A DNA stretch of 28,394 bases from a virus (taxonomy: Duplodnaviria; Caudoviricetes): IMG/VR virus record IMGVR_UViG_3300021968_000007, positions 1 to 28,394 of that record; one strand, written 5' to 3'. The position numbers and the translations under genes were made by a program. Below the pieces are notes generated by a model. That model was not told where the DNA came from. It did no database searches and worked only from the letters and a program-made list of their open reading frames with translations. Below are positions 13,414 through 22,922 of the stretch, piece after piece (within the stretch, counting starts at the first letter, position 1; the number at the start of each line of letters is the position of its first letter).

Positions 13414-15969
13414 ATGCCTTATCAATTATGGTCGCAAGATAATTTCAGCAAGGGTGAGTTATCGCCTTATATGTATGCGCGTGCTCAAGTTGCACAATAT
13501 TATGATGGTCTGAAAACTGCTCAAAATGTTTTAACTTATCCTACGGGTGCTGCTGGTACTAGATTTGGAACCTTATATCAATCTACGCTTAATGCTGCCA
13601 TAACTTCCTTTAATCAGATTTTCTTTCAAACATTCCAATGGCTAGATAATGCAGTGTATCAACTTGTCTTTAGGCCATTAGCGATTGATATTTATTTGGA
13701 AGGATTACTAGAAGCAACAGTTGTCACAACACTAGATGCTGTGGATGTATACAATCTTGATTACACAGTATTAGTTCAAGCGTTCAGAGTAGCAGGTCAA
13801 GGTATCGGTAAACCTAAAGATTTAAAGGTTGCTGCCGGTGCAGGTAATGTGATTTTAACAGTTGGAACGGATTCATTTACGCTGACAAATCCTGTGGATA
13901 CAGCTTTGATATTTCCAGTTTCATTTACAAAAACACTAACATTTCCAACAACCAATCCACAGATTAAACCTGGAATTGTTTATTTTGCTCGACGTATTGG
14001 AGCTAGCCAAGTTGAATTATATGACACGGCTTATGATGCGAAGTTTCAATTAAACAAATTTACAATTACAGCTGCTACTGGTACTGGTGTTAATACTATG
14101 TACACCTTCAATACGTGGACATTTACTAATGCCGTTTTTCAGAATCTACCGATCTACGATTTTGATGGTGGATATGACAATATTACTTTTACTCCAGGCG
14201 CTCTTACAGGATCAGGAGTAACAATTACTTTATCTGGAATTTTAACAGCTCCGGCTACTTTAGATTCTAAATATATAGGTGGTGCATTTTTCGGAGGTGG
14301 TGGTACAGCTAGAATAACCGCAGTTACTGACACAACCCATTTTGTAGTATCAATTCAAGATCCTTTTGATGCTCTCACTCCAATTCAAGGTAGTCTATCA
14401 TTATTGGCAGAGCCAGCGTGGAGTGATGTTCGAGGATGGCCACAGAAATGTTCTAGTTATCAGAACCGCGCCTTGTTTGCTAATACAGCTTCGTTACCAA
14501 ATGGCTTTTGGGCAAGTGTTGTAAATGATTATGCTGATTTTGGTGATCTGACTGGTGATGATGATGATGCTATTTTCTGGCTTCCTTCATCTAATGATAT
14601 TAACTTCATAAGATTCATCGTTCCATTTAGAAGTATAACTATTCACACCAATTCAGGTATTTATTCAAGCCCATTATCTGAAATAGCTGCGATTACTCCT
14701 TCGACATTTACTTTACAGTTACAAGATTCAACACCGGCTGATGTTTTACAGCCACAAGCAATTGATAACCAGATTATCGTTATATCAGGAAACGATGTTC
14801 ATACGATGGTATGGGATGGTATTAACAATGCATATACATCGAATATTGTTAGTATAGCGAGCGAGCAAACCATTAGAGATCCTGTAGATGAAGCAGCATT
14901 TGCTGATTTATCACGTGCTGGTAGTCGTTATGTAATGATAATCAATGCTAATGGCACATTGGCCGTTTATCAGACTTTGATAGCTGAAAATGTATCTGGT
15001 TTTACGCCGCACATTCTTGAGCAATCATATGGATCTGCTCAGTTTAGACAAGTTGCTAGTAACTTCGATGGTAGATGTTGGTTTGTGAATCAAAGACAAA
15101 TTGCATCAGCCTTAGCGGCTGTAAATATATCATTTTCATTACCGTTACCAAGTAATCAGATAACAGCAACAGCTACTAATTTTAGTACGACTATACCTAC
15201 TGCGATTACGTTTACGACTACAGGTACGTTACCGATTACAACACCGCCATTAGCTGTACTTACTTACTATTGGGCTATTGGAATTGATCCTAATACGTTT
15301 AGAGTTTATTTATCACAAGAAGATGCTCTAGCAGATGTTGCTGATAGTGCTGATTCTTTAGCGCTTGTCTTTTCGGCCGCCGGATCAAATAGTAAAGTTG
15401 TAGCATGGCCTTTAGCAACAATCTTCACCTTAGAAGAATTAACACAAGATGTTCACCTAGATTGTGCTTTTTATTATAAAACCGTACCACCGGTTGCAAC
15501 AGATACGGTCACCACAGGCGCATTGTTTAATGCACAAGCAGTCAAGATGGTAGGTGATGGTTTTGGTTTTGATGCTATTGGTGTGAATAATACAGTTACA
15601 TTTGAAGCTCACGGTGATCCAGTTCAAGTGACCGAAGCTTATATTGGTTTTCCGATTAATATGCTCATGGAAGCAATGCCCATATCACCACCCCCAAACC
15701 AATTAACTTCGCTCACGAAGCCAACGCATATACGTACAGTTCGCTTTATGTTTAATAATACAATTGGTGGAACGATTAATGGTGTGCCGATTGCATTAAG
15801 GCCGTTTGATGAAGTTGATATTGGTGAACCACCGCTTCCTAAGAAAGGCGTCTTTGAAATGAGCATCATGAAAGGTTGGGATGATTTTAATAATCCAACG
15901 TTTACGATAGAACACAATGATCCATTTGATTTACAGTTAATCGGTATATTCTATTCAGTAGATGTTTAA
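13414..15969 (+). CDS. Tail tubular protein B (nozzle, T7 gp12 / P22 gp10-like)
   Basis: 851 aa; NFSKGELSP...GAAGTRFGT, WSDVRGWPQKCSSYQNRALFA, DDDAI, HLDCA, AYIGFP motifs. Confidence 0.88.
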   Translation: MPYQLWSQDNFSKGELSPYMYARAQVAQYYDGLKTAQNVLTYPTGAAGTRFGTLYQSTLNAAITSFNQIFFQTFQWLDNAVYQLVFRPLAIDIYLEGLLEATVVTTLDAVDVYNLDYTVLVQAFRVAGQGIGKPKDLKVAAGAGNVILTVGTDSFTLTNPVDTALIFPVSFTKTLTFPTTNPQIKPGIVYFARRIGASQVELYDTAYDAKFQLNKFTITAATGTGVNTMYTFNTWTFTNAVFQNLPIYDFDGGYDNITFTPGALTGSGVTITLSGILTAPATLDSKYIGGAFFGGGGTARITAVTDTTHFVVSIQDPFDALTPIQGSLSLLAEPAWSDVRGWPQKCSSYQNRALFANTASLPNGFWASVVNDYADFGDLTGDDDDAIFWLPSSNDINFIRFIVPFRSITIHTNSGIYSSPLSEIAAITPSTFTLQLQDSTPADVLQPQAIDNQIIVISGNDVHTMVWDGINNAYTSNIVSIASEQTIRDPVDEAAFADLSRAGSRYVMIINANGTLAVYQTLIAENVSGFTPHILEQSYGSAQFRQVASNFDGRCWFVNQRQIASALAAVNISFSLPLPSNQITATATNFSTTIPTAITFTTTGTLPITTPPLAVLTYYWAIGIDPNTFRVYLSQEDALADVADSADSLALVFSAAGSNSKVVAWPLATIFTLEELTQDVHLDCAFYYKTVPPVATDTVTTGALFNAQAVKMVGDGFGFDAIGVNNTVTFEAHGDPVQVTEAYIGFPINMLMEAMPISPPPNQLTSLTKPTHIRTVRFMFNNTIGGTINGVPIALRPFDEVDIGEPPLPKKGVFEMSIMKGWDDFNNPTFTIEHNDPFDLQLIGIFYSVDV

Positions 15970-15985
15970 TTTAAGGGTTTAACTT

Positions 15986-16504
15986 ATGCCAATACCATTA
16001 GCATTCATGTTTGCTGCACAAGCCGCAGGTATGGTAATTGATTATCTTGGACGTGCGAAATCACAACAGCTTTCAGAAGAAGGTCTGGCTAAACAGCATA
16101 ATGCTATTCAAAGGGTTATTGCATATACTCAAGTACAAACAGAAGATGAAAGTTTAAGAGCAATGATCGCATTAAGAAAAAATCTTGGAACTCAAGCGGC
16201 TATGTTTGCTGCACGTGGTGTGAGATCTGGAACATCAACAACTGCATTATTTTCTAATGAATCGGTTAGTTCTTTCAACACCGATGAACGTATGAGACGT
16301 CTTAATCAAGCGATGAATGAATCTAGATTAGAAGCGGGCCTTGATGTTGCTAATATACGTCAAAAACAATTCGAGAATGAAAATTGGAATGCCTTTTCAA
16401 AAAGTATTATTAATAAAATACCTACAGATCCTAAAGCATATGAAGGTTTAGCTGAAAGTTTTGGTTTTAAAAAAGCGCAAACACCTACTAAAGGCTATAA
16501 ATAA
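15986..16504 (+). CDS. Internal virion (ejection) protein, gp14-like
   Basis: Hydrophobic Ala/Gly N-terminus; LGTQAAMFAARGVRSGT motif; follows the tail tube. Confidence 0.7.
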   Translation: MPIPLAFMFAAQAAGMVIDYLGRAKSQQLSEEGLAKQHNAIQRVIAYTQVQTEDESLRAMIALRKNLGTQAAMFAARGVRSGTSTTALFSNESVSSFNTDERMRRLNQAMNESRLEAGLDVANIRQKQFENENWNAFSKSIINKIPTDPKAYEGLAESFGFKKAQTPTKGYK

Positions 16505-18900
16505 TGGCTAATGAAAAAGATGCACCTCAACAAGCAAGACCAACTGGTCAGCCAATACCGACTTTGGAAAGAAAAGTAGCGCTTCAAGAACCGAGCGTTC
16601 CTGATTATCAATCTGCTTATTTAGCATTAGCTAAATCAGATACGCTTGTGAGTGATATAGGTGCAAGTGTTGCGCAGACCGCTAGTCATGCAATGGCAGA
16701 GCAATTAGGTTACACCGCGGGTCTAAATCCAAAAGGAAATCTTTTACCTTCTTTTACAGAATTCGATCAACACTTTGCTCAAACATATAATACTCAGGCG
16801 GCTGCTACGTTAGGTTTGCAAGCACAACAATTATTTGATACAGCTCATGTTGAGATGAGCAAAGCAACACGTCTAACACCTGAATTAATTGAAAGCACGT
16901 CACAGCAATTATTAGAGGGTTTGAACAAGATTACAGCTAATGCTCCAACGACTGTAGCAAGTCAATTACAGCTTAAATATAGAGCTCAATTAAGTAATCA
17001 AGATTCTCAATATAAACAAAAAATGATTTCACAACAACGAGATGAGCAAAAGGATAATCTTGTTAGTCTTATAGATACGAATAGTAAATCTATTTATGAA
17101 ACTGCAAAAAATGGTGATTTTGAAACTGCTGAAAGACAATTAAGAGTTAATCAAGAAAATATCGATAATGGAGTTGATAATAAGTTTTGGTCTAAAGCAG
17201 AAGGTCAAAAACTCAAAGATCAAGCTCGCCAAGATCTTATTAATGCTGAAGCTAATTATGGAGCTATTGCTGCTCATAAAGCAGGTAAATCTGGAGAATT
17301 TTTAAAAACCTTAGTTGATCATAAACCAAAGAATTTAACTGATGAACAATACGAAGGAATGCTGGGATCGGTATTAAAAGAAATCCAGTTCTTAGATTCA
17401 TTAGTTGCTCAAGACCAGAATTTAAAATCTCAACAAATGTTGAATCAAATTGCTTCAGCTCCAGGTGCTATTACACAAGTTCAATGGGATACATTTGCAA
17501 ATAGCGTATCGCCTCTTAAAGCTGAACAAGTTAAATTTAGTTACATACAAGCATTAAAGAAAGGTGAGTCTGACACAAGCTCTAGAGATCATTTAATTCA
17601 GAATTATGATAATGCAGAAATTCAAGCGATTGCGGAACCAAAAGTTAAAGATGCTGCATTCTTAAAGCAAGTTCAAGATGCTATGCAAAATAGTCATCAA
17701 ACAAATATTCCAATGAAATCTCCAGAACCTTTATCGCAAGATGCAGCTGAAGTTCAGGTAGCTACAAATGCAGGTGCAGAAATACCCGTATTCACAAAAA
17801 TATTAAAAAATAAATTAGGTAGCTCTAATCCTTCCGTAAGTGAATCTGGTGCACAACAAATTCATGCGTTATTGCAGAATGGTAATGGTCAAGCTCTGAA
17901 AGGTTTAAATGATCAAGATTGGTCTATGTATAGCGCTATACAATCATTACGTGATTCTCCCGATCCACTTAAAGCAAATCAAGATGCGCATAATAGAATT
18001 TACAACCAAGATCCTGAAGTTGAAAAATTAAATAAAACAAAATTTTCTAATTTATTAACAAAAGCAAATTCTGCTGGCGTATCTAATGATAATTTCGCTT
18101 TAAAAACATTCGGAATGTCTAAATCAGATTTCCTTAATCCATCTATTGCTAGTGCTTATGGAACAAACATCTTAAGCAAACTTTCTAATTTCTATGCAAT
18201 CTCAGGTGATTTTGATGAAGCCAAAAGAACCACGCAACATTGGGTAGATCAAAATTATGGTGACACATTCATTAATGGGGATAAGCATAAAACTTTACAT
18301 CCTATTGAAAAGGAAGTTGGATTTAATGGACGCGATGGAGTTCCTTACATTCAGCAAGATGTTATAAATCAATTCAATGAAAAGTTAGCGCCTATAAAGA
18401 AACAATATCAAGATAAAAAAGTGAATGAATATTGGGAACCAATTGCAGTTAATATTAAACAAGAAGAAAAACCGATCGATATATTAAAAAGACGCGCACT
18501 ACACAATTATGTTCCACAATTCGAAATGCCTGAAGGTGAAGTTGGTCATATTGAATTTAAAACCGAAGATGTTTTATTCCAAGCAATGAGTGGGAAACAT
18601 ACACTTAAAGAACATGGCGGACATAAACAACCTTCCTCTGAAGCGAGTCAAGAACACGGTATTTTCTTTAAGACATATGATCCAATAAAGATTAAGCGTC
18701 ATATGAGAACAGCTAGTGGTGAAAAGACCGAAGTTTTCAATGTGATATTAGTTGGTAATTCATTTGGCAAATATGATATTGCGATTGAAACTGAATATGG
18801 CATGCGCAATTTATATAAAGAAGCACCTCATTTAGGAATCAGTGATTATGTTCCGAATAAACAAGCAATCTTAGATTCTTATAATAAAGATCATAAATAG
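16504..18900 (+). CDS. Internal virion (ejection) protein, gp15-like
   Basis: 798 aa, helical, Gln/Ala-rich; position in the podovirus core-protein cluster. Confidence 0.65.
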   Translation: MANEKDAPQQARPTGQPIPTLERKVALQEPSVPDYQSAYLALAKSDTLVSDIGASVAQTASHAMAEQLGYTAGLNPKGNLLPSFTEFDQHFAQTYNTQAAATLGLQAQQLFDTAHVEMSKATRLTPELIESTSQQLLEGLNKITANAPTTVASQLQLKYRAQLSNQDSQYKQKMISQQRDEQKDNLVSLIDTNSKSIYETAKNGDFETAERQLRVNQENIDNGVDNKFWSKAEGQKLKDQARQDLINAEANYGAIAAHKAGKSGEFLKTLVDHKPKNLTDEQYEGMLGSVLKEIQFLDSLVAQDQNLKSQQMLNQIASAPGAITQVQWDTFANSVSPLKAEQVKFSYIQALKKGESDTSSRDHLIQNYDNAEIQAIAEPKVKDAAFLKQVQDAMQNSHQTNIPMKSPEPLSQDAAEVQVATNAGAEIPVFTKILKNKLGSSNPSVSESGAQQIHALLQNGNGQALKGLNDQDWSMYSAIQSLRDSPDPLKANQDAHNRIYNQDPEVEKLNKTKFSNLLTKANSAGVSNDNFALKTFGMSKSDFLNPSIASAYGTNILSKLSNFYAISGDFDEAKRTTQHWVDQNYGDTFINGDKHKTLHPIEKEVGFNGRDGVPYIQQDVINQFNEKLAPIKKQYQDKKVNEYWEPIAVNIKQEEKPIDILKRRALHNYVPQFEMPEGEVGHIEFKTEDVLFQAMSGKHTLKEHGGHKQPSSEASQEHGIFFKTYDPIKIKRHMRTASGEKTEVFNVILVGNSFGKYDIAIETEYGMRNLYKEAPHLGISDYVPNKQAILDSYNKDHK

Positions 18901-18905
18901 GTATC

Positions 18906-21900
18906 GTGATGGCTATAAATGACTTAGACAACAATGAACATACCTATAATCCTGGACATGGATTAACAAATCTTAATCCTGATGCACCTGATTTCGCTAA
19001 AGACATAATGATTAAAGATAAAAACTTTCCATTAGATGTCAGTGTCAATTATACTCCACATAATCCTTATGATGTAGTCTTGCCTGGTGGTTTCTTTAGT
19101 TCTGAAAGTTTGAAAGGGGTTCAAGAGAAACCATCTTTTTTTGAATCTGCTAAAGCTCAAGCCTATAAAATGAATGCAACACTTCAAGGCGCAAATGCAC
19201 TTGATTCAATGGCTGAGCAAACAGATCCAACTTTTTATGAAACTCCAGATGGTTGGACTTCAAAGACAGATGTAGACAAATTTGTAAATGTTAGATCTCA
19301 ATACCTGAAAGCATTATTCGATGCTAAAAGTCCAAAACATCAAGATCAAATCCTTCAGAAAATATATGAAGAACAGCAAAGAGATGATGATATTGCAAAT
19401 GGTTCTTGGTTGGCTTGGTTAGTTGGGGGTGCTGCTGGTATTGCTACAGATCCCATGACTTACATACCGATTGCTGGCTGGGTTAAATACGGCAAGATTT
19501 CATCTTCATTAGTAATGAGTGCCGCTAAAGCTATTCCAGGCGCAACAACATATGGTGTTTTATCAAGTGCCGCAGAACAAATGGATAAAGTGAATGGCAA
19601 CATGCATGACTTTGTCGTCGATTCATTCGTTAAAACAGCATTCGCCGCAGCCTTATTCGGTGGTATTGGTGCAGCTGCATCTTTATCAGAAAAAATGGCT
19701 TTATGGGATTTAAAGGGATTAGCGAAAGCTCATATTGATGGTATGGATTTTAAATTCACGACCGATGAAGCCGGCAAGATTACGGGTTATAAAGCAGTTG
19801 ATACAACGGGTGGTTTGAGCGCTGAAAAAGTGAGTTTCTATCAAGATATGGCTGATTCAACATTCTATAAGAGTGGTGTATTCAAGATTCCTTATGTAGG
19901 TGCAGGAATCATTAAAATGGCTGGAATGCCAGTATTTGGTTCTCCATTAATTAATCTCATTAACTCCAGTTCTACTGTTATGCGTTCATTCATTGATAGA
20001 GTTGCAGATCATAATTTTATTACCAAAGGCGTCGCCGAAGGTGCAGTCGCGCCAAAGAAATTCTCATCATTAATGAATCAAGAATATTCTAAATTACGCG
20101 CGATGTCTGTTCAATATAATGCATTGCATCTAGAACGAAATGGCTTCGATATTAAAAATAGAATTGCAGGAAATGCGATTGATACTGCATTAAATTTACA
20201 TGATCGAAGTTTAAAATTACTTGGAAAAGATTTAGAGAAATCCGGTTATGTATCTCGAGAAGCGTTTAATGATGAAGTTCAGCAAGCGCTACATTCAAAT
20301 GAACCTAGTCAACATGCTTCAGTGAATGAAGCGGCAAGTCTATCTAGAAAACAAATGGATAATACTTATAAAGCTTATCGAGAAGCTTATGGGCTTCCTA
20401 AAGATTGGCTCCCACCGAAAACTGCCGAAGCCTTTTTAACTCGTGTTTATGATACTCCTTACATGAATGCGAACAAAGGCAAGTGGGTTTCTTCAGTATC
20501 CAATTGGTTGAAAGAAGCTGACGAAGTAATTTCAGCTAGAATGGAACCAATTAGAGATATTGAGAATAAAATTGCCGATCATAAAGAAGCTCATAATGCA
20601 TTAATCGAAAGACCTAATGTAACTGATGCACAAGTTAAAAAATCATCTCAAGAGTTCATAGCATTAAGAGCGCGTAAGAAAGCACTAGAAGATAGATTGC
20701 ATAATGATTTAAGAAATGATCCTGATTTACAACTTCATGTCGATGACTGGAATGCTTTATCAGCTGATGAAGCCAAAGAAATTAAAGATTTAACTAAGCG
20801 TCGTGATATCGCTCAGAAAGAAGTTAATGAACGAAAAGAAATTGTTGCTGAGATAAAAAAAGAACTTCAAAAAAATGAAGCTGGAAAGTTAAAAGCGAAA
20901 ACTGCTAAGACTGGAAAGAAAGGTCAAACCAAAGAAGTCTTAGGCGCTGAAATCTTAAAGACAGAAGAAGCTAAGCTTGCTGAAGTGGTAAACGAATTAC
21001 AGGAAGAAGAAGAAAAACTTCAACAGATGATGCATGAGGGTCAAATTAATTCTCGTTTATTTAGAAAGAATAAAGATAGTTTTGTTTATGAATTAAAAGA
21101 TCCAAATGAGCGTCTTAAATTTAGGGACACATATGGAACACATGCCGAAAGAGAAGAGCATGCGAAAGCTTATTACAATACAATATTAAACCAAACACCT
21201 GAAGATACCATCAATCAAGTGATGGGACGATTCACTGGTAATTCTAGAGAGAATCCAATTAAATCTCGAACATTGCTTTTACCAGATCAAGTTCTCTATG
21301 ACGGTAAATTTTTAACAAATGATTTGATGTCTAAAATCTCTAATTATTCTACGTATCTATCTCGGCGTACTCATTTAAAATCTGTATTTAAGGACGTATC
21401 AATCGATGGTGGAATTGAGCCTGTTATTGTTGAATTAGGTGCAGAGCATGAGAGATTTCATACGTCATTGTCTAATAGAAAAACTGAGTTAGAAGCTAAG
21501 TTAGAAAATAAAGAATTAGATGCGAAAGAAAGAGCTAACGTTGACAAACAAATTCGTAAACTTGACAAAGAACTCGCTAAATCCAGAAAGGATTTCGATA
21601 AGAATAAAGAAATAATGAATCACATCTATGACAAGATGATGGGTATTCAAAAAACAAGTCGACGCGCTATGCAGGTCAAAAGCGCCATTATGTCGATTAC
21701 AGCTTGGGCAAATTTGCCCTTTGTCCCATTGACGCAGATTAATGATCTTTCTGCTATAGCCTTGCAGCACGGTTTTATACCCTTCATTCGTGATGGATTA
21801 GCACCTGTAATTGAAAACCTTATAACTTTAGGTAAAGGAAAAGATGCTGAAGCATTTCGTAAAACAGCACCTTCTATTCACTTAGGTTTGCAAGATGTGC

Positions 21901-22922
21901 AGATGGGTTATGCAGATCGTAATTGGTCATCACAAACTAATCCCTATCTCAATCTAGGTCGATTCGTAAATACATTAGAAAAAGTTGCTCATTTATCTTC
22001 GAATTTTACAGGCACAAACTACATAGATAATTTCCTACAAAGAATGACCGGCTCAGTTGTTCAATCTGAATTAATGCGAATATTGCATTCATGGAAAGCA
22101 GGAAGTTTATCTAAACGTGATGGACTCTATATTCGTAAATATGGTATCGATGTCGATAAGTATGGCGATAGAATGCTATCTGCATTTGAAACTCATGGTG
22201 GCGGTAAAACTAAACTGGGTGGATATCAAAGTCATTTCTGGCAATGGCAAGATGTAGAAGCCTCGAATGTATTCGGTGATGCAATATTTAGATCCATCAA
22301 AGATACGCAGATTTCAGCGGGTTTAATTGATGCTCCTTTGTTACTAGACGATAATGGCCCGATTGGAATTATGGGTTCATTTATTCGTGGATTTCAAGGA
22401 TGGGCATTTGCATCCGTCAATCGTTATGTCATTCCTTCCTTACAACAAGCTGATGCTGAAAAACTAATCGGCGTCATGATGATGTTAGGAACTGGTTATC
22501 TAGTTGACCCAATGCGTCGTGTCGTTCGCGGTGAAGAAATGTTCCCAGAAAATCTATCTGCCAAACAAATTGGATGGGCTACGATTAATAATTCAGGCTA
22601 TTTTAGTTACTTCGCCAATATTCTCTCGGATGCAAATTTAATATCTGGCGATAGTCTGATGGGAAATCTTCGAAGTGATAAATATAAGGATAGAAGTAGG
22701 TCTGGTTTCTTAGGCCCCGCGTGGGGGACAGCCAATAGAATGGCTGATATAATTAGTGCATTAGGTAGCAATGAAATGAATGAAGCAGATGCTAAGAAAA
22801 TGGCTAGAATGATTCCATTTGCTAATGCTAGCTGGACAGCATTGATGAGTAAATATTTAGTTGAGAGTTTAGGACTGCCGAAAACTCGGCGTGAAGCGCG
22901 CGCTCTAAAGGAGATTAGTTAA
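18906..22922 (+). CDS. Large internal virion (ejection) protein, gp16-like
   Basis: 1338 aa; GIATDPMTYIP, coiled-coil inserts, C-terminal FQGWAFAS...GFLGPA...RMIPFAN pattern. Confidence 0.72.
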   Translation: MMAINDLDNNEHTYNPGHGLTNLNPDAPDFAKDIMIKDKNFPLDVSVNYTPHNPYDVVLPGGFFSSESLKGVQEKPSFFESAKAQAYKMNATLQGANALDSMAEQTDPTFYETPDGWTSKTDVDKFVNVRSQYLKALFDAKSPKHQDQILQKIYEEQQRDDDIANGSWLAWLVGGAAGIATDPMTYIPIAGWVKYGKISSSLVMSAAKAIPGATTYGVLSSAAEQMDKVNGNMHDFVVDSFVKTAFAAALFGGIGAAASLSEKMALWDLKGLAKAHIDGMDFKFTTDEAGKITGYKAVDTTGGLSAEKVSFYQDMADSTFYKSGVFKIPYVGAGIIKMAGMPVFGSPLINLINSSSTVMRSFIDRVADHNFITKGVAEGAVAPKKFSSLMNQEYSKLRAMSVQYNALHLERNGFDIKNRIAGNAIDTALNLHDRSLKLLGKDLEKSGYVSREAFNDEVQQALHSNEPSQHASVNEAASLSRKQMDNTYKAYREAYGLPKDWLPPKTAEAFLTRVYDTPYMNANKGKWVSSVSNWLKEADEVISARMEPIRDIENKIADHKEAHNALIERPNVTDAQVKKSSQEFIALRARKKALEDRLHNDLRNDPDLQLHVDDWNALSADEAKEIKDLTKRRDIAQKEVNERKEIVAEIKKELQKNEAGKLKAKTAKTGKKGQTKEVLGAEILKTEEAKLAEVVNELQEEEEKLQQMMHEGQINSRLFRKNKDSFVYELKDPNERLKFRDTYGTHAEREEHAKAYYNTILNQTPEDTINQVMGRFTGNSRENPIKSRTLLLPDQVLYDGKFLTNDLMSKISNYSTYLSRRTHLKSVFKDVSIDGGIEPVIVELGAEHERFHTSLSNRKTELEAKLENKELDAKERANVDKQIRKLDKELAKSRKDFDKNKEIMNHIYDKMMGIQKTSRRAMQVKSAIMSITAWANLPFVPLTQINDLSAIALQHGFIPFIRDGLAPVIENLITLGKGKDAEAFRKTAPSIHLGLQDVQMGYADRNWSSQTNPYLNLGRFVNTLEKVAHLSSNFTGTNYIDNFLQRMTGSVVQSELMRILHSWKAGSLSKRDGLYIRKYGIDVDKYGDRMLSAFETHGGGKTKLGGYQSHFWQWQDVEASNVFGDAIFRSIKDTQISAGLIDAPLLLDDNGPIGIMGSFIRGFQGWAFASVNRYVIPSLQQADAEKLIGVMMMLGTGYLVDPMRRVVRGEEMFPENLSAKQIGWATINNSGYFSYFANILSDANLISGDSLMGNLRSDKYKDRSRSGFLGPAWGTANRMADIISALGSNEMNEADAKKMARMIPFANASWTALMSKYLVESLGLPKTRREARALKEIS

